DNA of 64,000 nucleotides, taken from Sphagnum compactum (taxonomy: Eukaryota). Within the stretch, counting starts at the first letter, position 1. Every line of letters starts with the position of its first letter. Both the position numbers and the translations under genes were made by a program. The notes under the pieces are model-generated. The model was not told where the DNA came from. It ran no database searches and saw only the letters and a list, made by a program, of their open reading frames with translations. The stretch covers positions 2,728,001 through 2,792,000 of the forward strand of contig OZ234493.1 of assembly GCA_965153455.1 (NCBI GenBank). The letters run 5' to 3'. This document shows, in pieces, positions 38,801-50,175 of the stretch.

Positions 38801-41764
38801 TCCCTTGAACTTGACTGGATCAGACCACCAGTAGTGTAATCATCTAAGGCGACAGCTTCTTTGGGTTGCATGAAAATCCTTTTCAAAAACCAACTTTTGT
38901 AAAGTACTTCAAGGCAAGTAGCAAATGGTTTGAAATGTTGGAATTGGGGAATGAATTTCAATGTGCCAAAGCATTGCAAATGTGTAACTGGCCTGCTTAT
39001 ATATGTGGTGCACCTACAGAAACAGGCACTCTCTTTTAGGTGAATGTTTACAGGATGCTTGCTTTTCTTAGGCATTATGCCAAAGTAGAAATCCCAAGAC
39101 AATTTTATGATTTTTTTTAGAGGAGATGAATGGCTAGTTGATACTTTTGACCAGAACAGTCAAATGGTTGCAGATACAAAAACATCCATCAGCATATCAG
39201 CAAGAGCTGGGCCATGTGCAGATTTGCACTATGTGTGTGAAGCACAATCTTCTTGTTGCTGGTGGATTTCAGGGGGAGATGGTTTGCAAGGTGAGATGAG
39301 CTTATGAGCTGATTGCATCATCAATGCGGTCTGCTATTCTGGGTCACGCAGTAAAATAATTTGATGTGCTGTCTTGGTTGCAATTGTAACATTCATGACT
39401 GGCAGTTTCCTGAGACAAAGGGATGGATAGAATTGCCCATCATTGTGTCCTATCTTGCTTAACCAGCCTACCCAAGGCCCGCTTCAAGCCAAAATTGTTT
39501 CAATGCTTGATTTGTATCACATTGGTTTATTGTCATAACTTGTTCCCCAACTCCAGAACTCAAATGTCTTAGTAATTTGTTGCCCCTATAATTTATGTGT
39601 TGTAATGCATAAAGTACGATTCAAATCACAGTTAGGAGTGCATTAGGAACCTCTAATTTGATGCATTGTACCTTATGGTGTTGAATACAGAATCTTGACA
39701 GCCCTGATATATCTTTTTGTGCAAAACTTACCCATGATGAAAATGCCATCACCAATGCTGTTGACATCTACAATAACTCGAGGTTCTTATCCTAACATTT
39801 TTGGTCTTGACCAGATATTTCTCCTAGGGTTTTGTTCCAGATGGTTAATTACAGAGGGTTGCAAAACTCCAGTTGGATGTGTGATCCTAAAGAGGTATTT
39901 AGAAGCATTCTGATTCATGTAATTTGTCTGGAGTTCGAAGCAAAATATATTGTCCAGCTTAGTTTTCTCAGGCAGTCTCCATGAAATCAGGGTACTAACA
40001 AGCTGTTACAAATGATCTAAATGGAGTATTCTTTTGGAATGTTTGAAGTATCACCTCAGGAAATTGATAGGGATCATGTTGCTTGATTTGTGTGTTGTTC
40101 CTCTTGAGATGTTTTATTCTCTTCATTGGTTGCAATCATTCTTGAATGTCTTTCAATTCTTATGCAGAAGGTCTGCTTTGATATAATACTGGCCTTGTCT
40201 GGTGATGTGGTTGTATTGCAGTGGCGCAGTGCAAATCATGAGCTCCAATAATGACTCAGTGGTCAGAATGTTTGATTGCAATACTTTTTCTCTTATCAAA
40301 AGCTTTTCCTTCCCATGGGCTGTAAATGTATGGTGCACTTTCACCTTCTCTTGCAGATATTGTCAGACTGCTTTGTTTCTCTTTGAGCCCATCTTCTATT
40401 CCTCAAGGCTATGCAGTTAAGGAGTGCCCTTTGTTGGATGCAAGTAGAAGATACCTTCAAAGATTTATGCCATTGCACTCTGTCACATGGCTCTGAGCTG
40501 TGAACTCAAACTGGTTCTTTTCTTTTGTCATTGTGTTTCTTGTGACAATCTTCTTTAGTCCATAACTGTTCTGGAAACTAGCTATCAGAGCCCATGGTGA
40601 TATGAGAATAGTAGCTAAGTTGAAGCAGTGGAAATTCTCGTGCCATCTTTCACAGGATAGCATCACTAATTCTGTGCATGGATGCTGCAGCACACATCCG
40701 TTAGTCCAGATGGAAAAATGGTGATTGTCGTGGGGGACAATCCAGATGGACTTCTATCTGACAGTCAGACTGGCAAGGTAAATATACTCTTTTCCAGCAT
40801 TGTCAGCATTCTCATTAGACTCATAATGCCTGTGCTCAACATGCTGATTCAGGCAAAACCTCTCACCTGTACTGGCAATATTCATTTTAACATCTACCAT
40901 GTAAGCTCTGCTTATTTTGCAGTCTTTATGTGGTACATTAAGTTAATGGAGAAAATCCTTGGTTTATTTATTACAACAATTTGTTAATTTATTGTTTTAG
41001 CATTCAAAAAAAATGTGAATGAATCTAATGTCTAAAGAATCTAATGAATCTAATGAGTATAAAGCAGACAAAACCCCTTTTGAAGTAATGGAACTAATGC
41101 TTTTAAGCAATGTATTCAATGCATTGTTATTATATTCTTATCTACACACACCATTGGAAGCTAATAAAGTTAGTTGCAAGAAATGGCAACTGGTCAGTGC
41201 CATTTGTGATGAAGGTGATGGTTTGATATTTCTGGAATGACATTCATGAGGTTATGATCACACTCATTTTTGTCATAATTGTTTTAGTTTGGCTGGAACT
41301 GACTTAATGGTTACCATCTAAGTGTTATAGTGGAAATCTCATCAGTATGAAAATTGCAGGTCATTGCAACTTTGAAGGGGCACATAGACTATTCATTTGC
41401 ATCAGCATGGCACCCAGATGGCCAAGTTTTTGTCACAGGGAACCAAGATACAACTGCACGCCTATGGGACATTAGAAATCTTGGGTCCTCACTAGCAGTT
41501 CTAAAGGGACACATTGGTGCTATTCGCTCCCTCCACTTCACTTCTGATGGGCGTTTCATGGCTATGGCTGAGCCTGCCGACTTTGTGCATGTGTTTGATA
41601 CCAAGCAGGACTATACAAAGTGCCAAGAAATTGATCTCTTTGGTGAAGTGGCAGGCATTTCCTTCAGCCCTGATTCTGAAGCTCTTTATGTGGGAGTTGC
41701 AGACCGCACCTATGGCAGCCTTCTTGAGTTCAACCGCAGTTGTAATAACTCCTTACCTCATTGA
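35811..41764 (+). CDS. WD40-repeat protein (S. pombe C2A9.03 / At1g78070-like family), 9 coding exons, ~430 aa
   Basis: Exons 35811-35906, 36873-37040, 37412-37498, 37733-37867, 39174-39290, 39691-39782, 40222-40327, 40691-40777, 41360-41764 (1293 nt). Motifs: DTTALQARDGKDIQGIPW, HFQLRNLVWATSKHDVY, LLVAGGFQGEMVCK, ENAITNAVDIY, SNND, WAVNHTSVSPDGK, GHIDYSFASAWHPDG..TGNQDTTARLWDIR, MAEPADFVH. A probable 5'UTR intron acceptor is at 35789. Confidence 0.9.
36072..36433. mobile_element. Tourist-type (PIF/Harbinger) MITE, 362 bp, with TTA target-site duplication
   Basis: TTA|AAGCATCTCCAGCGG ... CCAGTGGAGATGCTC|TTA, in WD40 coding intron 1. Confidence 0.85.
38407..38768. mobile_element. Tourist-type (PIF/Harbinger) MITE, 362 bp, with TTA target-site duplication
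   Basis: TTA|GAGCATCTCCAGCAGTTCACTGGAAA ... TTTCCAGTGGACCGCTGGAAATGCTC|TTA, ~30-bp TIR, in WD40 coding intron 4. Confidence 0.88.
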
Positions 41765-43389
41765 CTGCCTTCTTTGAATTTCACCATCTGCAGCTTTCTT
41801 TTTCATCCCTAGTTCTCTGGGCTAGATCCAACTTGTCAGGCACAACTCTGAACTTGCTAAACCCAATTGGCAGTTCCAAGTCCTTATTTCTGGTGATCTT
41901 TGAAATGCTGTTGGTAAACAGTTTAGGGTTGCTTTTGTTTGGAATGGTTGGTAAAGGTCATGTGTGCCAATGAAACAAGGAGAAACTGTTTGGGGCAAGG
42001 CTAGTTGTAACTTGCATGTCATACTTTCCTTTGCACATTTATGGTACAGAGATAAATTGGCTGAGGATAAGTGACACCAGCAATATGCAAGGGTGGAGTG
42101 CTGATGATGGGAACCCTACATGCATTATGTTGGAGTAACGAAACTCTTGTGATCTGTGCAGAAATGGAGGATGTTTAGCTGTGGCCCAGATGCCAATTTC
42201 ACTGGCTGAATTTGCCCCTCTGGACTCTGATTCCATGGAGCATCTGCAATCACATGAATTTGCTGGCCAACAGGAGGCAATGTAGGCACATTTTGCTACA
42301 AGAGGTTAGTTGGGGCAAAGACATGGTCAAAACAAAATTGTGCAGTCTACTTGTGGTTTGGGGCAGAATGTTTGACAGGTTTCTTCATTACCACGCGCAT
42401 TTCATGTAGTATTTGTAACATGGTTGTTGGTCAGTAAGATTTAAAAGTTACTATGTTGCGACATAAATGAATACAAAGTGCTTACTGTACTTGTGATTGA
42501 TTTTTGGTGTTAAATATTTTCCAAAAGGTTTGACTGGAAAAAACAAAAAAAAATTGTGATATTTGTTTAAGTTATTGAGGATCAACCCAAGAAGTCTAAT
42601 CTGTGACCCAGTCACTAGATTATTTCTATAGATACAAAATCAAATGTGCACTTTGTATACTTGGACTTGACTGTTGACATTTGAAATATTCAAATTGGGA
42701 TTGTCAGATCCCTTTTTGGAAATAATTGAATGTTTTGACTAAAATTGTTGATTGTTAGTTGCAGGTACGGGAGTACCCTCTTTCTCAAAGGTAGTACCTA
42801 GGTACAATGAATTAGGACTAGGTAGACAACTTGTAAGCCTCTAAAGTTGTTTTGAGTGGGTTTGATTTCCTCTAAATCTTTAAGAGCCCCAAAACTGGCA
42901 TTGAGGTTAAATGTATTGTGAATGTTTTTTATTTTTGGGTTCTTTTACATTTGATGTGACACATTTTTTAAACACTGTTTCAATCCCTGAAAATTATATG
43001 AATGAGAGTGGGATTTTATACAGTACAAACAGCTCCAGCAATGGACTGCATCACTAAATTGGAAGTGACCATTCTCGGCCTTTTGACTAAGATCATGTCT
43101 AAATTGGAAGAGGAATAGCAGAACAATAATTCAAAAAACAACACTTTTGCATGGAATACTGTGCTCTTCCACAGGAGCAGTATGAACAAATGACTGCCTT
43201 TAATTGACCGGTACAGTGACTGGCCCAGGTGCCAATATTCAAATGGTGCCACAGCAAACTGTGGCAAAATTATGTGGTAAAAATCTGGCAAATGGCATTT
43301 GAAGTCATCTCATCAATATGTTTGAACTTTGACAGGAGAAACACGTCCAAGCTTGAATCCATACATTGAAAAAAAACGATATATATTCA

Positions 43390-43830
43390 CAAGGGTGTCA
43401 AAAACTTACATCATTAGGTCATCCCTACTCCCAAACCTTTTCAACAATTGAGAGAAAGTAGCACCATAAAACATACACAAATCAGTGATTTGCAGGAATA
43501 ACAGAATGAAACTCAATGAAAGCTAGAATCTGGCCACTGAAAAATACTATATTACAAAGGGTGTCAAAACTTACATCATTAGGTCATCCCTACTCCCAAA
43601 CCCTTTCAACAATTGAGAGGAAGTAGCACCATGAAATATACACAAATCAGTGATTTGCAGGAATAACAGAATGAAACTCCATGAAAGCTAGAATCTGGAC
43701 ACTGAAAAATACTATATTACAAAGGGTGTCAAAACTTACATTGACCAGGTTACCTGGCTCTGAGATTTCTTCAGGCAATAGAGAGGAAGTTGCACCATTG
43801 AACATATGAATGAAGAGGTTTGCAGGCAAC
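43390..43830. repeat. ~166-bp tandem repeat (two close copies plus one diverged) in the NSE4 3' region
   Basis: AAGGGTGTCAAAACTTACAT...GAAAAATACTATATTACA at ~43391 and ~43556. A third, diverged copy starts at ~43722. Confidence 0.85.
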
Positions 43831-43915
43831 CTGCTAGATAAGTTGCATATCACCCTTGCTGATATAAAACTGATGACAGATACCTGGTAGGCAACATGAT
43901 GTAGCATAGGTTTAG

Positions 43916-46432
43916 TTAACGGAACTGGTTCAAATGTTTTCGGATCCTCTTGGTTGGACAGTGTGCTACATCCTCAGATTCAGCTTGCTCATTGTCATTC
44001 TCATGGCTCTCAATGGCATTTCTTTCCCGCCCGCGATTTCTTGAGGTCTTTCTGATGGGTGTCCTTTGTCTAGGTCCCTCAGTGTCAGCATCGTGCATAT
44101 TGACTCTGTCAGGCATCAATTCTTGACCTTCCTCTAGTCTCTCTTGCATTGACTGCAAAGAATTCAATGTACTGATGGTCACACATCAATGCATCCTCTC
44201 TGAAGTTTATATATACACCAGGCAGGACAAGATGAGAGAAGAAATGGGAACTTGGCAAGCATTCTTGACTGGTCAATTATAGAACTCAAGATTGGTCAAG
44301 TTAACACAATTAAAATTCCCCCTTTTAATATTTCCAGGACGAATCTCGACTGAGCAATCAAAATATCTTGTCCCCATCCCACACAGTAGTATGTAATCAA
44401 CTAAACTCAGAAATGTTTAAGCTGCAACATCAGGCAGCAGCATTCTCATCACTTAACACAGAAAACTTACCTGCCAACAAGCCCAATCAAAGCGAAATAC
44501 AAACTGTGCATTGGTAGCTTTTCCAGAAGATCGGTCTGCTGCTGTTGGAGCATTCTTTGGAGCTGCCACACAACTATGGGTGTAAGTGTAAGTATCAAGG
44601 TAGTATGCTCAGCAAAGACTTATTAGATGTAAAGCCAAGCAAATCTATGGAAACCCAAGTAAAATAATACATCTCCAATTAGCAACTGAAATAATGAGAA
44701 GGACTGGTAGGATCAGTACCAACAAGGTGTGTCCCATCTTCATCATACGTGATTGCAATTCGGCCGTCTTTGACAAGGAATGAAAGTGAGAAGATATTCT
44801 CAACTGTTTGGGAAAATGACCTTCTGTTCAAAACAAGAGCATCTAGCCTAGCACACTTAACATTCCTCAATATACCAAACATGGTCTCCATGTTAGCATC
44901 TGTCTCTGCTTTTGCATCCATTTCATTTTGATCCTTGACCTGCAATTAACATCAGCCAGAAGGAGTTCATCAACACAATTGATGTAATCAATCAACTCCT
45001 GGAGGCTAGAGAAAGAGGACACAATAAGATACCTCTTCAGGTCGTATACACTGAGAGGGCTTGACCCTTGCTTTGCGAGGTGCTGGAACTTTCCTCATCT
45101 TTGGTTCAATATCCATGGGTCCCAGCCTGCCATACCATAAGACATACTTCAGGTTCAGGTAGAAAAAATTACCTGCACTTAGATATTTTGTATCCTGTTC
45201 TTACATTTTCCATGAATGGTAAGAGAAGGCTTGTAAACTCACATGGTATGCAAACCTGGCACTTCACAAATGATTCCACATGCTTGAAGACCCAGTAAAC
45301 CCCAATTGATGGCTGTTAAATCGTTATCATCATCTGGCATCCGGATACCAAAGTTCTCAATAATGGCTCCCACAAATCCAGCAGGACTCACACCGCTCTT
45401 GCGTGTGGCTCCCTTGACAGACTCAAATACAGTGCTGGCAATATCCAAGACTGCTTCAGCATCTGCAATTTGCTCTCTAGGCTTCTGTACTGCAATGGAT
45501 AGAAGAACAAAACATAAAGGCATAAACAGAACCTCCAAATGAATGAAGTGCCAGTAGAAGAGAACCAGCAAAAATCATTCATGAAGAAATCATTTTTCAG
45601 ACACGCATGTAGTTTTATCCATGCAGATTTGGTAGTTAACATGCCTCCTCTACATCCTTGATGAACTCACATCCTTTGTCAGTTTAAACTCTTTCACATG
45701 CTTCTTCTACAGTCACATTGTATATTATGCACACAAGTTCATGGCTGCAATGGTTACTGGAATAACAAGTCTCCTCCATATGCCTGAGGAACAGACATCG
45801 TCAATTAGTTACATCCTAATCTTTGCTTCTTAGTCTTAAACATGCTTGATATATTCTTCTAGCCATCTCTGGAGAAAGCCAGCATTTCTATTCAAAGCCA
45901 AATTTTGATCTGTGGAGCTGCTTGTTCTAGTCTACAATGGACATTGGTTTTCGTCTCTTTGTAAAGGAAGAGATCAAGAGACTACACTGAGGAAGATTAC
46001 TGGGTAAGGCTTTCGTTAGATAATTCACCTTGTCTGTGAAGATCTTCTATCTTCCCGACTACCTCATTGAACCTATTTGAGTCTAGCCGAATGAGTTCTT
46101 CCCTGTCCCCTGAAACAAAGAAGAAAAAGCTCATACCATTGTTGCCAATATAGGAATAGATCAAGACCCAAAAACATGACACCATTTTGCACAACGCTGA
46201 GAGACAGGCTTGTACCAGTAATGGTCTGCTGGAGTTGGCGGTACTTTGCACGAAGGACTCGCCGCTGTTCTGTATTCTGCTTCACAGTGCTATTCTCTTG
46301 CTCCCCTGGCTGTGTCCCAAGCCCATCCTCAAGACATCTGAATTTTCTGCCGCTTGACTCCCCTCTTTCTCGTTGCAATGCTTCCCTCCGTGTCACCCTT
46401 GGTCCCGACTGAAGCTGTGAACTCATCATCAT
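43916..46432 (-). CDS. NSE4: Non-SMC element 4 (NSE4/EID3 kleisin of the SMC5/6 complex), 7 exons, ~395 aa
   Basis: Minus-strand exons 46432-46216, 46109-46029, 45489-45243, 45126-45033, 44939-44720, 44562-44471, 44152-43916 (1188 nt). Motifs: [104 protein letters not shown]. Confidence 0.92.
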
Positions 46433-47256
46433 CTTGTTTCTTGTCAATTCCACTCACTTGGTTTAGCAGATTCCTGCTCCACGGCCCTCAGTTACAAACA
46501 AAGCTCCTTAGAATTGGTTACCAGATACTCCTGCCATGATCTTCAAATTTCTTGAAGCTGACATCTGCAACACCATGTTCGCTGTCTATTCCTTGATAAG
46601 ACAAACACAATCAAAACAGATCCCCAATGAAAATCTTGTGCATCTGTTTCTCCAAATACACAGCGCGCGGAAGAAGAAGCAGCAGCAGCAGCTTCAAAGA
46701 CTAGGGTTCGGTGATAACGGCCAACAAAATGCAAAAGACAAAACGGAGGGAGTGCAGTTTGGAGGGAAACTGGCAGACCGGACTAGCGGGTTGTTTATTT
46801 GTAAAATGACCGGTTATCACCAGTCCACCGTTCGATGATCTACATCGGAGGGTCAGTGAGTTTCTGACAGGAAGCGATGACTTGGTATGGCCGGTATTAA
46901 GGAGGAGTTTGAAGCTTGACGAAGAAGGCACTAGGTACCAGAGTTAACTGTGGTTCGTTTTCACTTGACCTTGGTAATGTGCTCGGAGGTTGGCCTGCCT
47001 CTCGGCTGCTTGCTCGCGAGGACTCTCGTGTCCACTCTCTCTCCCCGCGCGATCGTTGTCGCTCGCGCTTGGCCGTGCCGGCGAAGAAGTTTTGGAAATG
47101 AGAAAGAAATGCGAAGAGAATGTGAAGGAGGAGGAGGAGGAGTAGAGGAGCCTGTTGTTTTGAAGAATCAGAAAGAGCGAGAAGAAGAGGTAATATTAGT
47201 GATGTCTTGTGTCGAAGATGGGAATTGTTGATGATGATATCGAGGAACAGGAAGAG

Positions 47257-47270
47257 AGGGTTTAGGGTTT
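47257..47270. promoter_or_regulatory. Telo-box (AAACCCTA on the minus strand) in the 5' leader of the orphan gene
   Basis: AGGGTTTAGGGTTT ending 11 nt upstream of ATG 47282. Confidence 0.5.
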
Positions 47271-47281
47271 AAGGAGCAGCA

Positions 47282-49178
47282 ATGCCTGCAGCACAAGCTT
47301 TGGGGTGCTCAGCTTGCGGGCGAGCAATCACACCTTGCTTAGTGTGCGCCTTCCCGATTCCCGTGGCCACCAGCGAACAGGAAATTTTCGGCAGCAAGAG
47401 CTGTGGGAAATGCGGGGTGTTGAATCCTGTAGGTGTGAAGAATCGTTTTCTATTAGGGTTTCCACCCGCACTGGCTCTTCCTCCCGCTGTAGTGAGACGA
47501 GCTCAAGTTGCTCGTGTGGGGCGAATGGCCTACACTCTCGCCAAGCATGCGCATTATGTGCATCTCAGAGCACTTCTGCAGGGGCGAAAGGAATTCGACA
47601 TACAAGAAGAAGAAGCAGCAGGAGAAGAGCCTCTTGCAATAGAAGAAACGGATTCCATCGACACAGCACATCCTACAAGTTTTGAGGATTTGGATTTGGA
47701 GTCCAGCAATCCGTCTGTGCCAGAAGTGTATGCCTCGCCTCAAGAAGGCCTGCCTTTGAGATTTCTGCCATATCTGCAGGATTGGCGACTCCAAGAAGGT
47801 GGAATTTGGAAAAACGTTATGGCCATGGAAGCTTGCAGGTGTAATCCTTTGCCAGACTCTGAGCCACCTTCAAAGCGTATGTTTTGCCCCACTCTCCTCT
47901 TCTGGTCCGGCCACTTCTTCAACATTCTCATGCTTATGTTACCTCTTTAGCAAGTTCTGACCATTGTTGGCAACAACAAGGACTAAATTCTCCTTTTTGC
48001 TCTTTCTTGCTCTTGGCAATTGATGCTGAACTTCTCTCCACTTCTGATTTGCTTCTGAAGAGTTCAAGCAAAGTGTTGATTGCAGGAATCTGAAGAGACC
48101 AGTGGGACAACAGCTCCAAATTGATGAGGCTGGGATGAAACCAGGTGTGAAGAGGAGCTGCTATTCAGAGGATCTAAAGCAGTTAGGACATGGTGATGAC
48201 AAAATTGTCGAAAATGAGAAAACCGCTGCTGTCACAGCTTTGTCCGGACATGAGGGGTTGCAACAGAAGCGACAGAAAACATCTCATGGGGAAGAACCTG
48301 AGGAGCTTGTGAGGTGTAGTGCAAAGAAATCTGTGCAAGTTGAACAAGGAAACTCAAAACATGATTACCCATCTGTGTGTGATGAATGTGGACAGAGTGG
48401 GGAGATTTCTGGAACTTCATGGCAGCAAGTTGATGAGGCAGGACTTGTGCAGTGTTGTTCACAGTTGCTAGAGCTTCACTGTCCTCACTCTTTCAATGCA
48501 GACTCGAATAACAACACAACATACCCACTTTGTGTTGCCTCCCACAGATCTATACCTGAGGCAAACACTCAGAAATCTGTATATGGTGATTGTCAGAGGT
48601 ATGCAACTCAATTCACAATCGATTTACTCCAAGCAGCTCACTCTGCAATCTCAACTCGATATCAAGCATCCCACGAATCACAAAATTCCCAAGAATCTCC
48701 TGGTGATGCCTACTGGTCTGATGCCAGGGTTGTACAAGAGGCACTCGCCGCAGCAAAGCATTTTTTATCAAATCACGAGAGGGTGGCAAGTCTCCAAAGT
48801 TTGGTGATGCAGGCAGAGGCAGCAAGCTCATGGGCCGAGAAGGATTTTAAAGCCTTCTCACACCAAGGAGTCTTCCCTTTAGCCAATGCTATTGTTGTGG
48901 GTTTACTGCAGGAGCATAAACAATTGAAATTACAGACTGTGGAGAAAGATGTGGACGAAATGGCAATGCTCCTACTGCAAATCAACACTGTTTTACGATT
49001 CTGTTTTCAGCAGGTAATGGAAGATCTCCAAACAGCACAAATTTCCATACATTTGAATCAGGGAAGGGAAAGAGTGAAAGTTGTATCTGAAGCTGTACGC
49101 ACTGCAGTTCCTTTGTGGCTTCGCCTGTACCATGACATTGCTCATTGTACAGGCCTTTTGAACCAACATCACCACTAG
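47282..49178 (+). CDS. Uncharacterised protein with N-terminal CxxC zinc-ribbon motifs, a degenerate PHD-like segment and a helical C-terminus; 2 exons, ~549-570 aa
   Basis: Two long ORFs (222 aa and 358 aa) can be joined in frame either by 47838|GT..AG|48086 or by 47876|GTATGT..AG|48061. There is an in-frame TAA just upstream of the ATG. Motifs: CSAC, CLVC, CGKC, CDEC..VQCC..CPHSF. Confidence 0.7.
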
Positions 49179-50175
49179 ACAATTCCTTTGCCTAAATTCC
49201 TACGGGACCTTCCCTTCACACCACCTATCTGCTGCTGTCCACTTCTTCATTGGGACAGTAGCAATCTGATTCTTCAGAGAGACATGTACCTCATATAGAT
49301 GTACGCACACCAATCCACAACACAACACATTGATCTTCTGCATGCCCATCTTCAATTTATTTTGTGCCTGTGATTTACTTCTTAATAAAAAGATTGCATG
49401 GCTCCTGAAACAATTCTTGCTAACTTCCTTGCACACCTTCCTGTAACCAACTATATACTTTAGTAATGTACACTGCATTTCCTGTCATCAATGCATGTTA
49501 TCTTCTGAACATGGTCAGTTGCTATGTTCAAACTCTTCACACTTAGCAAGTTTACAATTATAAAATTTGCTGGAAATACAGTTGTTACCAGGTTCACTCT
49601 TGGATCAACTATTCGTCACAAGAGCTAGCAGGGCTATGGGATGGCAAAACTAGGATTTGTCCAATTTATGAGGATGTGATTAGACAAAACATAACACACC
49701 CTTGCAGAGGAACTCATTTACTATTAGTTGTAACCTCAGGGAGTAAAACAGCTTTCAGACATAGCCAACATGAGAAATGTGCATCACAGTAGACATCTTG
49801 TGACCACAGGCTAGTAAAGCTTCATGGTTATTTCAACCACCACCACTGCCTGAAAAAGATGACAGAATTTGCTATCTTCTGGGAATGGAAAAGCCCAAAG
49901 TCAGTGGCATGTCACACAACCAAAGATCATTAAGCAGGTAAAAATTTCTAGCATTGCAAAATTTTATCTTCATAAGTACTGAGAAATTATCTACACTTAT
50001 GATTGAAGCAACTTCAATAACATCAGAGATGACCTACTATTTTCAAAGTAAATAAGCATCACTCATTGCCTCCTTGCCACCGATCATCCAAATCATTGGC
50101 ACCTAGTGAGTCTTCATGTCCATTTGTCCTTTCAGAAGGTGACAACTCCTGTGAATATCGTGTGTGCTTCTTCCG

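Noticed and set aside
38557-39102. 181-aa minus-strand ORF
   Set aside because: It lies antisense within a WD40 intron, overlaps a MITE and has no recognisable domain.
44940-45032. NSE4 intron starting GTATCTT as a U12-type intron
   Set aside because: It deviates from GTATCCTT and has no TCCTTAAC-type branch point near the 3' end.
46433-46453. ORF-track start of NSE4 at 46453 (likewise ZRSR at 54199)
   Set aside because: These are non-ATG starts from the ORF caller. The first in-frame ATGs are 46432 and 54190.
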